In this document: in pieces, positions 34,648 to 35,314 of the stretch
How the letters are laid out: each line of letters begins with the position of its first letter
Numbering within the stretch: position 1 is the first letter of the stretch
Origin: Nemertoderma westbladi
Lineage: Eukaryota > Animalia > Xenacoelomorpha
Assembly: GCA_032718475.1 (NCBI GenBank)
Contig: JAUCBJ010005319.1
Location: forward strand, 1-35,314
Length of the DNA: 35,314 bases
Reading direction: 5' to 3'
Notes under the pieces: generated by a model
Databases searched by the model: none
Told to the model about the DNA's origin: nothing
The model's input: only the letters and a program-made list of their open reading frames with translations
Program-made: the position numbers and the translations under genes

Positions 34648-35314
34648 GGCAGCTCTCTCGGTAGAGTCTGTGCTGCTAGCAGCCCTGTTGGGCGCGGGGC
34701 AGCTCTCTCGGTAGAGTCTGTGCTGCTAGCAGTCCTGCTGGGCGCGGGGCAGCTCTCTCGGTAGAGTCTGTGCTGATAGCAGCCCTGTTGGGCGCGGGGC
34801 AGCTCTCTCGGTAGAGTCTGTGCTGATAGCAGCCCTGTTGGGCGCGGGGCAGCTCTCTCGGTAGAGTCTGTGCTGATAGCAGCCCTGTTGGGCGCGGGGC
34901 AGCTCTCTCGGTAGAGTCTGTGCTGATAGCAGCTCTGTTGGGCGCGGGGCAGCTCTCTCGGTAGAGTCTGTGCTGATAGCAGCCCTGTTGGGCGCGGGGC
35001 AGCTCTCTCGGTAGAGTCTGTGCTGATAGCAGTCCTGTTGGGCGCGGGGCAGCTCTCTCGGTAGAGTCTGTGCTGCTAGCAGCCCTGTTGGGCGCGGGGC
35101 AGCTCTCTCGGTAGAGTCTGTGCTGCTAGCAGCCCTGTTGGGTGCGGGGCAGCTCTCTCCGTAGAGTCTGTGCTGATGGCAGCCTGTTGGGCGGCGGGGC
35201 AAGCTCTCTCGGTAGAGTCTGTGCTGCTAGCAGCCCTGTTGGGCGCGGGGCAGCTCTCTCGGTAGAGTCTGTGCTGCTAGCAGCCCTGTTGGGCGCGGGA
35301 CAGCTCTCTCGGTA
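34648..35314. repeat. GC-rich 50-bp minisatellite (GGCAGCTCTCTCGGTAGAGTCTGTGCTGMTAGCAGCCCTGTTGGGCGCGG), at least 13 copies, running off the window
   Basis: Period 50 (agctctctcg at 34651, 34701, 34751 and onward). Confidence 0.97.

Noticed and set aside
34648-35314. Functional tRNA gene array
   Set aside because: The 50-bp unit has no T-arm/B-box or acceptor stem.

Overview
This is eukaryotic, most likely invertebrate animal, genomic DNA: AT-rich, with GT-AG introns and no prokaryotic operon or CRISPR structure. Genes: two probable 3' exons of an unidentified Pro/Thr-rich protein (67-543, 2149-2307) and the first five coding exons of a PDXDC1 orthologue (26552-30111, + strand). Transposable elements: two copies of one RTE-clade LINE (one with a perfect 78-bp target-site duplication), a CR1-like LINE lacking its RT core, a CRE-like RLE retrotransposon nested in an 8-bp-TSD foldback-type element, a Harbinger MITE, a MULE-like element and other palindromic MITE relics. 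Eight kinds of tandem array cover roughly 45% of the window, and nearly all long ORFs in the supplied track are artefacts of them. Most striking observations: (1) about 103 tandem copies of the PDXDC1 exon end plus its 5' splice donor; (2) arrays that repeatedly start at exon or TE junctions; (3) a dense population of TA-flanked micro-motifs (TACAGTA/TACTGTA, TAGGCCTA, TACCGGTA), one of which is shown by a paralogue comparison to be a 5-bp insertion matching a Tc1/mariner excision footprint. No new protein-coding system is evident.
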